Shown: positions 49,667-58,437 of the stretch, piece after piece
Layout: each line of letters begins with the position of its first letter
How positions within the stretch are numbered: the first letter of the stretch is position 1
Virus record (IMG/VR): IMGVR_UViG_3300008267_000040
Span: 39,629 to 103,628 of that record
Strand: one strand, 5' to 3'
DNA length: 64,000 nt
From: a virus
Translations under genes and position numbers: made by a program
Notes under the pieces: generated by a model
What the model saw: the letters and a program-made list of their open reading frames with translations, nothing else
What the model was told of the DNA's origin: nothing
The model's database searches: none

Positions 49667-49724
49667 ACTGTAACCGATTCCCAGGCAAAAGTCAAGGGGG
49701 TTGTGCCACCAGTTCAACTGGCAC
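49667..49724 (-). promoter_or_regulatory. Promoter of nuclease-dam operon (palindrome, TTGACT-N17-TACAGT)
   Basis: GTGCCACCAGTTCAACTGGCAC at 49703-24. Confidence 0.8.
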
Positions 49725-49739
49725 ATGGACTCCCAAGAC

Positions 49740-49904
49740 TCAACTGAGATTGCTTATGTATTTCTTCAGAAGATGTTTACCCTTATCAACATCAAATCTA
49801 CGTTCAAACAGTTCCATAAGTTCTAACACTAGGTCAGCATATACAACTGGAACTCGAATATGTTTAGTTTCACCTGATTTGGGAAACTTTTTACTAAAAG
49901 GCAT
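49740..49904 (-). CDS. Small putative ribbon-helix-helix-like DNA-binding protein (54 aa, not in ORF track)
   Basis: MPFSKKFPKSGETKHIRVPVVYADLVLELMELFERRFDVDKGKHLLKKYISNLS. Confidence 0.5.
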   Translation of the reverse strand: MPFSKKFPKSGETKHIRVPVVYADLVLELMELFERRFDVDKGKHLLKKYISNLS

Positions 49905-49936
49905 TACAATCTATGCGTGACACATAGAGATTTATA

Positions 49937-50224
49937 TTACTTCTTGTCTTTAATTCCGTATTCTTGCTTGATTTCTTGTCTAATATCATTTCTCAATCTA
50001 TCAACATGCTTCACATACTCTTTATGTTCATCTTCTTCACGTTTTTGCTCTGCATCATGCTCTTTCTTTTCTTGTTCTTGCTCCCTCTGCTTCATAAATC
50101 TTTTCTTTCTGTTTTCAATATCATCAGACTGCCTTTGTCTTGCTGCTGCAACTTTTGAAGCATAAACCTTTCTGTATGATTTTGCTTCTTCTAGTTGTTG
50201 GAGAAATTGGGCAAAGGTTTTCAT
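49937..50224 (-). CDS. Putative internal head protein (capsid-targeting-like N-terminus)
   Basis: MKTFAQFLQQLEEA resembles the T4 internal-protein CTS. Highly charged coil; CTAAATA late-like promoter at 50251-57. Confidence 0.55.
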   Translation of the reverse strand: MKTFAQFLQQLEEAKSYRKVYASKVAAARQRQSDDIENRKKRFMKQREQEQEKKEHDAEQKREEDEHKEYVKHVDRLRNDIRQEIKQEYGIKDKK

Positions 50225-50253
50225 TGAAAAAAAAAAAGAAAATCTATGGGTAT

Positions 50254-51489
50254 TTAGGCAGCAACAACCTCACCTTTCACAAATACAGTGTCAATGACAC
50301 TCTGAAGTTGCCGAGCAATCCTATCTCCATAGTTGTTATTCACAGGAATAGTGATAGTACCAAAGGGTTTCTTGTAGAAAGCAAACTCACCTGCTTTCAT
50401 CTTACCCTCTGCGATTGCTTGACGGTCATCACGGTGCATACGGATAACCCTTCCGATTGTTTGGCACATTTCAATCATAGGAAGATTACGCAGCATAATG
50501 CAATGAGTCAAACCTTGAACGTTGATACCTTCAGACAGAATGCTGTAGTGAAATACAATGAACTTCTTGTCTGGGTCAGCACCAAAATCACTCATCTTCT
50601 CAAAGAATACTTCACGAGACACTTTGGTTTTGTCGATGTAAGCACCATGCTTGGAAGTGATATGCATAATCGTGTAACCCATATCATTGAGTTGTTGAAG
50701 CAAATCACTTTCAGTGAACATTGCCCAAATTACTTTGGTGCTCGGTGCAGCAACAAGAACTTTAGGTGCATCACAATCAGAAATACCAGACAGGATACCT
50801 ACAATGTTCTCTGCATCTACAAAAGGTGCATTTTCCTTTGTGCGAATCGTTTGTGCTTCATAAGGCACAACCCGAGGAGGAATAATACTGCCTGCTTCAA
50901 TCAATTCTTTAGCAGGAATACTGATGATATTATTACCATAAACATCAGTATTGTTCATAGACTCCATACTGTTATTGAACTTCGGAGTTGCAGTGAAGAA
51001 ATAAGCATTATCTGCAACTGCTGAAGTGTGAGCAATGCCCACAAAGTTAGATGGTTTCACACAGTGGTGTGCTTCATCAAAATACACCACATCAATGTTA
51101 ATTTCTGCTTCATTCACCCGACCAATGGAATTGTAAGTGGTGAAAATGAATTGATGCTTGCCACTTCCGATTGCTGTGTCATTGTATTCTGCAATGACTG
51201 CTGGACGTGTAGAGGATTGATGATGAGTTTCACCACTGTGAACGTGCATATAAGCAATGTTTTGCTCTTTGAGATATTGTTCAAACTCCGAACAGAGTTG
51301 ATTTGCAAGCAGGATTCGAGGTGCAACAACAACAAACGTCATCGGTTCTTTTGCGTTAAGAACACGTTGACGGGCATCTTCCATCATCACAACAGTCTTC
51401 CCACCACCAGTAGGAATATACACTGAACCCCTGATTGCTTTCTGCACAGCATCAAGAGCACGTTGTTGATAAGGAAGAAGAGTCAGCAT
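50254..51489 (-). CDS. Superfamily 2 DEAD/DEAH helicase (type III Res-like)
   Basis: LLPYQQRA, PTGGGKT, FDEAHH, FTATP, ILSEGINV, QTIGRVIR. Confidence 0.88.
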   Translation of the reverse strand: MLTLLPYQQRALDAVQKAIRGSVYIPTGGGKTVVMMEDARQRVLNAKEPMTFVVVAPRILLANQLCSEFEQYLKEQNIAYMHVHSGETHHQSSTRPAVIAEYNDTAIGSGKHQFIFTTYNSIGRVNEAEINIDVVYFDEAHHCVKPSNFVGIAHTSAVADNAYFFTATPKFNNSMESMNNTDVYGNNIISIPAKELIEAGSIIPPRVVPYEAQTIRTKENAPFVDAENIVGILSGISDCDAPKVLVAAPSTKVIWAMFTESDLLQQLNDMGYTIMHITSKHGAYIDKTKVSREVFFEKMSDFGADPDKKFIVFHYSILSEGINVQGLTHCIMLRNLPMIEMCQTIGRVIRMHRDDRQAIAEGKMKAGEFAFYKKPFGTITIPVNNNYGDRIARQLQSVIDTVFVKGEVVAA

Positions 51490-51514
51490 CAATCAATCAC
51501 GTTTGTATTCATAC

Positions 51515-51572
51515 AGTATAGCACCCCTCCCGTGGAATCGGGAAGAGTGCTGGACAGTTCCACAAGTGGCAT
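51515..51572 (-). promoter_or_regulatory. Early promoter (variant palindrome)
   Basis: TGGACAGTTCCACAAGTGGCAT at 51551-72; TGCTATACT; 30-bp gap. Confidence 0.7.
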
Positions 51573-51579
51573 GAGTCTA

Positions 51580-52807
51580 CTAAGACTCCAACCATTCATA
51601 AAACTCAGAAATAGTCGGGAGTTCTTCCCCCTTCTCCATTGCAATTTGACACATTAAATCATACATCTCAATCTCTGCTTCATCAAGTTGTTGATAAAAC
51701 TCTTCATTATCTTGTTCTGGTTCATGATAATGATGAACTTCTACAACTTGAGATTCTTGTCGAGAAATTGGTACTTGATTATAGGTGGCAACTCTTTTGC
51801 CACCTGTCATACTCAATGCTGCAGTTTGAGCATCAACATAGTTGAAACTCCCAGGAACTTTAACAGTCTCATAAATTCCAGTTTGAGTAACAATCTGTAT
51901 CTCCCATTCCCAATCTGACATCAAATAAACTCCGCAAGGTAATAATCAACAGTTACTTCGAGTTCTGCTGCTTTCCTTTCAATTTCCATTGCATACTCAT
52001 CTGCAAACTCATCGGAGTTATCATTACAAAAGAGGTCAAGAGTAGATTCATGCATCGTGTTTATCTTCCGAATTAAGTGAATGAAGGCAATAATTAAATC
52101 CAAGGGATAACCCCAACAAAACCAAGTAGACTAAAAAATAAGTCATCAGAACTCAATGGGTTCCAGTGTCGGTTTGGCAAATCCTAACTCACTTGGACAA
52201 ACCTTTACAAACTCATCAGTTCCAGGAACTTGCTTATAGCAGTTCAAAGAACCCTCAAGTTTCTTATTGAGTTCAGGATTGACTTTATCAACGTCCACAG
52301 ACTCATTATATTCATCTGCAGGAGTGCTGTCAACACTCTCAAAGATAATCAGGTTGATACAAGCATCCTTTGCATCTTTGAGAGTCTTAGAAACGTGCTG
52401 GGGAGTGTCTACAACATCAGCAACAATCCACTTCGATGCAGATGCTTTACGAATGAATCCAACTGTATTAGAATCCTTCTGAACTTCGTAGATACCAGCA
52501 GACAGACGGGGAAAGGTGATGGTCATAATGAAGTATGATTGATTAAGTTAAGTGTGAATCAGTAGCAGTATTCAGGAAGAATACAGAAAGAAGCACAGAA
52601 CTTACGAACCCAGTTCAAGGTATCAGCATAGCAACGGGGTTCAGATACTATTGTGCTCACATTCTTACGAGGATTGTAAGCAACAGCAACATACTTATAG
52701 CAATCAGGAGATTCCTCAATCTCTTGAATCCACATCTGATTCACATTACCATCGTGCCAATCCCAACGAGATGTGGTGTAGTTAAAGACGGTATTGAGGT
52801 CTACCAA
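51580..52807 (-). other. Four hypothetical early genes
   Basis: ORFs 51580-51924, 51921-52103, 52146-52526 and 52559-52807. Confidence 0.6.
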
Positions 52808-52833
52808 GTGGTCTCCTTTGCTTGTGTCCCTGT

Positions 52834-52891
52834 ATTATAGGGCATCGGGGGGTGCCACGGGACTTTACAGTGCCACCTCTACAAGTGGCAC
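52834..52891 (-). promoter_or_regulatory. Early promoter palindrome + TATAAT
   Basis: GTGCCACCTCTACAAGTGGCAC at 52870-91; 30-bp gap. Confidence 0.8.
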
Positions 52892-53122
52892 ATCAGTATC
52901 ATAAACCGATTCCCTTGATGTCACATATTCCAGTTGATTCCACTGATTGTGATAGCACAGAACAAGAAGGTGGTCTTTCTTATGGAATGAACCTCTATTG
53001 CAGACCTTATCTTTAACTGCAATTTCTATAGAAATATATTCCTCATCTTTGAAATATACCCATCCTTCCATATGTTTCCATTTTACATAATCATTAACTT
53101 TGGGATTGTAATGAAATGGCAT
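52865..53122 (-). CDS. Conserved cyanophage hypothetical protein
   Basis: YNPKVNDYVKW...EGWVYFKDEEYISIEI. Confidence 0.65.
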   Translation of the reverse strand: MPFHYNPKVNDYVKWKHMEGWVYFKDEEYISIEIAVKDKVCNRGSFHKKDHLLVLCYHNQWNQLEYVTSRESVYDTDVPLVEVAL

Positions 53123-53156
53123 TTGGCAATTAAGTAATCTCTTTTAATTTATACAG

Positions 53157-53363
53157 TCATTTGACATTACAATCTGGATGCCAACCTGCTTGACGTTCGC
53201 ACCAAGTTTCAAGAGAATTGCTCGGAGGATGCTTTAGTCTTTCAATTCCTGCTTTTTTATCGTAAGCATCAAACATCTTTTGGTCACGTTTAATTAGAAA
53301 TGCATTCCAACCAAGAATAGCAATGAAAGCAAGAAAGATGTAAGTGGTAGTTTTAGAGTTCAT
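53157..53363 (-). CDS. Small membrane-anchored protein
   Basis: N-terminal TM helix; WCERQAGWHPDC. Confidence 0.6.
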   Translation of the reverse strand: MNSKTTTYIFLAFIAILGWNAFLIKRDQKMFDAYDKKAGIERLKHPPSNSLETWCERQAGWHPDCNVK

Positions 53364-53764
53364 TTGTAGAGATAACCTCCTGCCCAGTCGGCACGTTGAT
53401 ACATTTCTTGACGAGACTTCTCATCAACAAGATTAAACCTTACACCGTTCTTTGCAGGTGTTTTCCAAGATGCAGACTTATACACATCACCAGTGTTCAA
53501 GTCAACAAATGCGTGAGCACTACGTTGAGGAGTATGCATCACAATTCTTGCATACTTTCTTCCTTTCTCATAAGTGAAAGTATAGATTCCTTCACCTTCA
53601 CAGAGTTTATCGATTTGCTCTTGATGCCACTCTTTAGTTTCTGGGTCATCAAGAAACTTTCGGTGACTTTCAATCGCATAATTTTGATAATTAGTGCGAA
53701 GAACATCGCAGTATTGTTGAATCAAATCAAGGATTTGTTCTTGCACTAGAGTTGTGTTGTTCAT
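53360..53764 (-). CDS. Conserved phage hypothetical protein
   Basis: GRKYARIV...SAHAFVDLNTGDVYKSASWKTPAKNGVRFNL...ADWAGGYLYK. Confidence 0.75.
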   Translation of the reverse strand: MNNTTLVQEQILDLIQQYCDVLRTNYQNYAIESHRKFLDDPETKEWHQEQIDKLCEGEGIYTFTYEKGRKYARIVMHTPQRSAHAFVDLNTGDVYKSASWKTPAKNGVRFNLVDEKSRQEMYQRADWAGGYLYK

Positions 53765-53921
53765 CCGTTGTTTAACTCGTTTGTAATGACTTCAATTCTT
53801 TTGATTTTATCAGTGAGTGATTTGATTTTAGCAACTACAAAATCATAATCATCTTGTGTCTTGCCCATCAATGCCTCATCAATTCTTTCAAAGGCAGCAG
53901 CAGTTTGAATTGTTAGTTTCA

Positions 53922-54203
53922 TCAATCAGTAAGTCCCACTTCTTCGTAAATTGACATACCTTTACGCATACGAATGTAGTCATCAATCATCTCACCGACT
54001 TGTTCGTAAATGTAGGAAGAACCACCTACATCACACAGCACATCTTCACTGAGAACTTTAGAGAAACGCACTTCATTATCGTTAGCATCAAACTCAAAAA
54101 CATCCTCTTGAGTATATACAAACGCAGCACAACCTGCGTCTTCACCTTGTTGTTCAATCAGTAGGTTGATTGAATCACGGAGTTGGGAAAGGGTGCGATA
54201 CAT
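53922..54203 (-). CDS. Hypothetical protein
   Basis: 93 aa. LIEQQGEDAGCAAFVYTQEDV. Confidence 0.6.
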   Translation of the reverse strand: MYRTLSQLRDSINLLIEQQGEDAGCAAFVYTQEDVFEFDANDNEVRFSKVLSEDVLCDVGGSSYIYEQVGEMIDDYIRMRKGMSIYEEVGLTD

Positions 54204-54378
54204 AATCAGAAAGAAATGTAAGGGTGCTCTGGGTCAAGAACTTGAGTAGTTTCATTGGAGAAATGAAAACCATTCATCGGACAAAACTCATCATTGCCAA
54301 TATCATAGATTGCCACATCCATCTTCAACTGCTCCAGAGTTAGAGTCTGAAGAATCTCCAGAAGATTTTGATAAGTCA

Positions 54379-54501
54379 TCAGATTACTTTAAGTTTGCGT
54401 TTGATGTGTTGAAGTGCTTGTTTTCTTGCTTTAAGTTTGCCTTTGCAAGAACCTTTGGTGTTTTTACGTTTTCCTGAATTGTGTTGCCAATTCGGTGTCA
54501 T
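54379..54501 (-). CDS. Small basic protein
   Basis: MTPNWQHNSGKRKNTKG...; GGAGG RBS; first gene after the promoter at 54561. Confidence 0.65.
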   Translation of the reverse strand: MTPNWQHNSGKRKNTKGSCKGKLKARKQALQHIKRKLKVI

Positions 54502-54524
54502 TCCTCCCCTTTGCTTGTCTCCAT

Positions 54525-54582
54525 AGTATAACACCCCTCCAGGGGTTTGGAGAGGTGTTAGGGACAGTGCTACAAGTGGCAC
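54525..54582 (-). promoter_or_regulatory. Early promoter palindrome + TATACT
   Basis: GGGACAGTGCTACAAGTGGCAC at 54561-82; 30-bp gap. Confidence 0.75.
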
Positions 54583-54744
54583 ACTGACTATTTTTTGAGA
54601 GTCTTTGTTTCTAATCCTTTGACAACCATTCCTTTCTTAATCATTTTCATCATTGCTTCTTGTGCCGATTCAAGTTGAAAATAACAAGCAAACTTGGTCT
54701 CACCCATAAACTCATACTCTACAGTATAGAATTCATTATCAAGT

Positions 54745-55221
54745 TTAGGCATAGCAATACTCTTTCCATTCTGGAACGTTTGCTCTATCCAATGAGAAAA
54801 GCATCTTATTGAATGGTTTTCTTGGAACAGATTGAAGAACTAAATTAGTATCTTCTAGAAGTTTATCACTCTTTCTAGTGTTGCAAGGCATACAAGCAAC
54901 AACGAGATTTTCCCAAGTATCTTGACCACCACGAGAACGTGGAATGATGTGGTCAATGGTTAGTTCCTTTGTTGAACCACAATACTGACATTTATGACCA
55001 TCACGTTTATAAATCATTGTTCTTGATGGTTTATTTTGGGAGAGTTTCTCGTATGGCAACTTAATATAATTAACCAAACGGATGACTCTTTTACCGAGTG
55101 CCTGTGCTTTATTTTTCATAAGCAGCACAATTGCTCTCTTCCAATTAGTGAAGTTAATTGGTTCATAAGATGCGTTTAGAACAAGTATTGTTTGATTTGG
55201 TTCAATTTTTAAGTAGTCCAT
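54745..55221 (-). CDS. HNH endonuclease (McrA-like)
   Basis: LVLNASYEP, RDGHKCQYCG...TIDHIIPRSRGG...WENLVVACMPCNTRK. Confidence 0.9.
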   Translation of the reverse strand: MDYLKIEPNQTILVLNASYEPINFTNWKRAIVLLMKNKAQALGKRVIRLVNYIKLPYEKLSQNKPSRTMIYKRDGHKCQYCGSTKELTIDHIIPRSRGGQDTWENLVVACMPCNTRKSDKLLEDTNLVLQSVPRKPFNKMLFSLDRANVPEWKEYCYA

Positions 55222-55270
55222 CGACCGTTTTGTGAGTTTGTAATTGGGGAGATTCTACCTCCCTTTATAT

Positions 55271-56041
55271 CTAGATGTCAAAGAATAAATCTGGATTGCA
55301 TCCAGTGTTTTGACCAGGATAACCACCAGGATTACAAATCACTCGGCAACCTTCAATCATATAATCAAAAGCATTGTGAGTATGACCGTGAACCCAGTAT
55401 TTGATTTGTGGATGATTTAGAATAAGAGTATCAAGATTACTACAATAAGCACCATTTGCATTCTTTTTGTATTCCTGCGGAATAGATTGATAACTCGGTG
55501 CGTGGTGACTGATGACAAATACGTTTTCATTCAGTGTTTGTAGTTGATTCAACAGATACTTCTTACTATCCTTGTGAAAGTTGAGAGTATCAGTTGGATT
55601 CAGTTTCCGATACTTCGGAGTGATACGAATAACTTTATAGTCATTCATACACTGTGCTGCTTCCATCATCTCTAGAGCATTTTCATCTCTAAAGTCTGTC
55701 CACAGAGTGAAACCTATAAAGTTCCAGTCTTCAATTTTAACTGTATCATTGTCAAGGATTTGGAAATTATGAGGAAGATGCTCTTTTATCTTTCTCTTTG
55801 CACCTTCATAGTTGTATCCATAGTATTCATGATTTCCAAATACATAAAGAACTTTATCATAGTTCTTACTGCAATCATTCAGGAATCTGTCATAGACTGC
55901 GTGGATATAACCATCAGTCTTGAAATGCTTGGCATTGAGAATGTCTCCAGCAAGAACTAGAACATCACCTTCACCAACAGGATATACCTGACAGGCAGTA
56001 AAATGCTCCAGGTGCAAATCACTTAAAACTTTGAGTTTCAT
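55271..56041 (-). CDS. Calcineurin-like metallophosphoesterase
   Basis: SDLH, LAGD, GNHE, SHHAP, HGHTH. Confidence 0.9.
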   Translation of the reverse strand: MKLKVLSDLHLEHFTACQVYPVGEGDVLVLAGDILNAKHFKTDGYIHAVYDRFLNDCSKNYDKVLYVFGNHEYYGYNYEGAKRKIKEHLPHNFQILDNDTVKIEDWNFIGFTLWTDFRDENALEMMEAAQCMNDYKVIRITPKYRKLNPTDTLNFHKDSKKYLLNQLQTLNENVFVISHHAPSYQSIPQEYKKNANGAYCSNLDTLILNHPQIKYWVHGHTHNAFDYMIEGCRVICNPGGYPGQNTGCNPDLFFDI

Positions 56042-56056
56042 AATGAGTAGGAATAA

Positions 56057-56130
56057 CGTTTCAGGAGGGACTCGAACCCCCGACCAACTGCTTAGAAGGC
56101 AGATGCTCTATCCAACTGAGCTACTGAAAC
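56057..56130 (-). tRNA. tRNA-Arg(TCT)
   Basis: GTTTCAG acceptor stem, TAGCTCAGTTGGATAGAGCA D-arm, CTGC-CTTCTAA-GCAG anticodon arm, GGTTCGAGTCC T-arm. CCA not encoded. Confidence 0.95.
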
Positions 56131-56214
56131 AAATGCCCTCCTGTTTGTGCATTATTAAGAGGCATGGAGGGGGTGGGACTTATTCAAAGTTTGGACCTTT
56201 GATGCCCGTAAGAA

Positions 56215-56466
56215 TTAACCGTTGAGGACTTGAGATTCAGAATCCTCTGGGTCAAGTTTATTTAGCACAAACTGAATCGGGTTCAATTTCTTTTGGATTT
56301 CACTTTCAATTTCACGGAAAGTGCCAACCAGTGCCTCAAGAAGTTCAGAACCAGTCAAATCTTCATAGTCGCAGTCATCAAAGACGTTTTCTTGAAAATA
56401 CTCAACAAGTTGGTCTTGAAGATTTTCAACCATTTGACGAGATGCAGACTTGTTGCGACGTGCCAT
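56215..56466 (-). CDS. Small acidic early protein
   Basis: 83 aa. LTGSELLEALV. Confidence 0.6.
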   Translation of the reverse strand: MARRNKSASRQMVENLQDQLVEYFQENVFDDCDYEDLTGSELLEALVGTFREIESEIQKKLNPIQFVLNKLDPEDSESQVLNG

Positions 56467-56505
56467 AATAAAAGTTAGTTGGTTAAGAAATTAACGAATC
56501 AAAAA

Positions 56506-56730
56506 TCAGACGTAAGTTACAGTACCATCAGCATCAGTGAGGGAAACATAACCATCATCTTCAGAATCCACAGGTTCAGAATAGTTCTCAAGCACAGTGG
56601 AATCATAATTATCCAGTGCTTCAAGAAGTTCAGCACCAGTTTCTGCTTTAGTCAGATTGGCAATCAGTTGAGCACCAGCAGGGTTGGTATCAACGATTTC
56701 AGAAGCAAGTGCAATCAGTTTAGCAGACAT
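56506..56730 (-). CDS. Small acidic early protein
   Basis: 74 aa. ETGAELLEALD. Confidence 0.65.
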   Translation of the reverse strand: MSAKLIALASEIVDTNPAGAQLIANLTKAETGAELLEALDNYDSTVLENYSEPVDSEDDGYVSLTDADGTVTYV

Positions 56731-56962
56731 TTAATAAAAAGTCAAGTGAACAAAAAGTGAGTAACTTTAGGGCAAACTCATTCCCCAAAGTCAAGCACCT
56801 ACAGGATGCTCAACCTCGATTTCATCTTCGTCACCGAGACCAAGTTGAAGATTTACATAATCTTCATAATCAACATGGAGAAACTTTTTAGCAAAGTCCT
56901 CGTAATCATCGTGAAGAATACAAGTGTCAATCATCTTGAAACCTCCTTGACTTGATGAATAC

Positions 56963-57020
56963 ATCATAGCAGATGCAGGGTCGTTTGTAAAGTGTTATGT
57001 GCCAGAAGGATTAGTGGCAC
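56963..57020 (-). promoter_or_regulatory. Early promoter palindrome + TGCTATGAT
   Basis: GTGCCAGAAGGATTAGTGGCAC at 56999-57020; 30-bp gap. Confidence 0.8.
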
Positions 57021-57201
57021 AAGTGGTATCAAACATCATACCATTTCATTTCATTGAAGTGTTCTTGATAGAAGAACTCATCAATTTTGTTATCAACAAT
57101 ACTCAAGAGTTGATTGTAATGTTTCATCCCTTGAGTGCAAACAAGTTCAAGAACATCAAAGTTCTTTTGACAATAACCGTAGGTGTCAAGTTTAAGCATC
57201 A

Positions 57202-57432
57202 TCAATAAGACTCGATTTCGGCAAGTTTCTTTTGTTGACGCAGTTCTTTTACAATCATTTGGAGTTCAGAAATGTCTTCATTCAGAATAGTAAGGTCATC
57301 ATACATCATTTCTGCTTGATAAGCACTCCTGCACTTTTTGTATTGCTTGGAAAGTTTATCGAACTTTTTCTTTGCTTCCTTGAGGTCTTTTTCATACTCG
57401 GGAAGTGTTTTTTCGAATTGTTGATAATTCAT
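57202..57432 (-). CDS. Coiled-coil hypothetical protein
   Basis: 76-aa ORF. Confidence 0.6.
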   Translation of the reverse strand: MNYQQFEKTLPEYEKDLKEAKKKFDKLSKQYKKCRSAYQAEMMYDDLTILNEDISELQMIVKELRQQKKLAEIESY

Positions 57433-57577
57433 TTGAGATAAGGACTAGACCAGTAAGAACGAAAAACGGAATAAACGATAACAACAGTGCTGATAACACC
57501 AACCAAACCGATAAAGGTAATGGCATCACTTGTAACTGCGTAAGTTTCGGGCATAACCTCGACTTGTTTACCTTGTA

Positions 57578-57635
57578 ATCATAGCACCTTTGAGGTGCGG
57601 AATCAAGTGAAAATGGACAGTCCAAAAACCGTCCA
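57578..57635 (-). promoter_or_regulatory. Early promoter (variant palindrome)
   Basis: TGGACAGTCCAAAAACCGTCCA at 57614-35; TGCTATGAT; 30-bp gap. Confidence 0.65.
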
Positions 57636-57656
57636 TCGTTATACATATGTATTCAA

Positions 57657-57947
57657 TCAACCAACCACTTTTTGGTAGGTAATCCGAATATCTTGTGCGA
57701 AATCATCTCGTTTCTGTTGCGTAGTAAGGTTTGCAACTACGAATCGAATAGTTGCATAAACACCCACAACTTGCATCAGGGAATTGAAAACAGGGATGCT
57801 ATCAACAATCTCTACAAGTCCATGAAGAAGAACTTGAGAGACAATAACTACAGCAAAGATGCCAGCAGTCAGTCCAACTTTCTTTAGCACATCATCAGTC
57901 ACATTTTCAGTGTAGAAGTCTTTAACAGTGGAAAAATCAAATTGCAT
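57657..57947 (-). CDS. CAAD-domain / CurT (curvature thylakoid)-like membrane protein
   Basis: Two TM helices joined by VEIVDSIPVFNSLMQVVGVYATIRFV, then amphipathic KRDDFAQDIRITYQKVVG, matching the CAAD layout. Confidence 0.7.
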   Translation of the reverse strand: MQFDFSTVKDFYTENVTDDVLKKVGLTAGIFAVVIVSQVLLHGLVEIVDSIPVFNSLMQVVGVYATIRFVVANLTTQQKRDDFAQDIRITYQKVVG

Positions 57948-58131
57948 TGTTTTGGAAAATAAATTACTTGTCAAAAATTTCTAGGAACTTATCAATCTCT
58001 TCAATCTTTGCAGTATAGTCTGCAACTAGGTCTGCGTGGGGATAATTATAGTATTCTGGTCGTTTCATGCAATCGAGCAAATGTTGCTTAACTGCCTTTC
58101 TGATTTCACATTCAATTTGTATTCCAGACAT

Positions 58132-58437
58132 TTATTCTTCAGTAGGTACTGGTGGAGGAGGAGGTACTGGGGCAATAGGTTTTTGAACAACTACTGGTTT
58201 TTGTTCAATCTGAGTAGGTGCTACCTGATTGTTGGGAACTACAATTTCCGAAGTTTCAGCAGGAGCAGGGATTGATGTTTGTTCAATTTTCTGTTCAAGT
58301 TGCTCAATCTTTTGGTCCAGAACACTTGGAGGAACTTCCGAATTTGATTGTGCTAATTTCCAACCAGCAGTCGCAGCACCAAAAATACTAGCAAGTGCTG
58401 CAACTACAGAAATAGTAGATTGAAACTTACTCACCAT
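58132..58437 (-). CDS. Membrane-anchored Pro-rich protein
   Basis: N-terminal hydrophobic helix, coiled coil, PVPPPPPVP tail. Confidence 0.65.
   Translation of the reverse strand: MVSKFQSTISVVAALASIFGAATAGWKLAQSNSEVPPSVLDQKIEQLEQKIEQTSIPAPAETSEIVVPNNQVAPTQIEQKPVVVQKPIAPVPPPPPVPTEE

Noticed and set aside
54745-55221. Intron-encoded or homing HNH mobile element
   Set aside because: It is free-standing with intact neighbours and has a McrA-like cellular-type N-terminus; no intron structure is evident.
56057-56130. tRNA as a prophage attachment site
   Set aside because: No integrase, no duplicated tRNA 3' end and no host genes; the context is a lytic T4-like genome.
57029-57202. Frameshifted pseudogene
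   Set aside because: Re-reading shows an intact 57-aa ORF (MMLKLDTYGYCQKNFDVLELV...).
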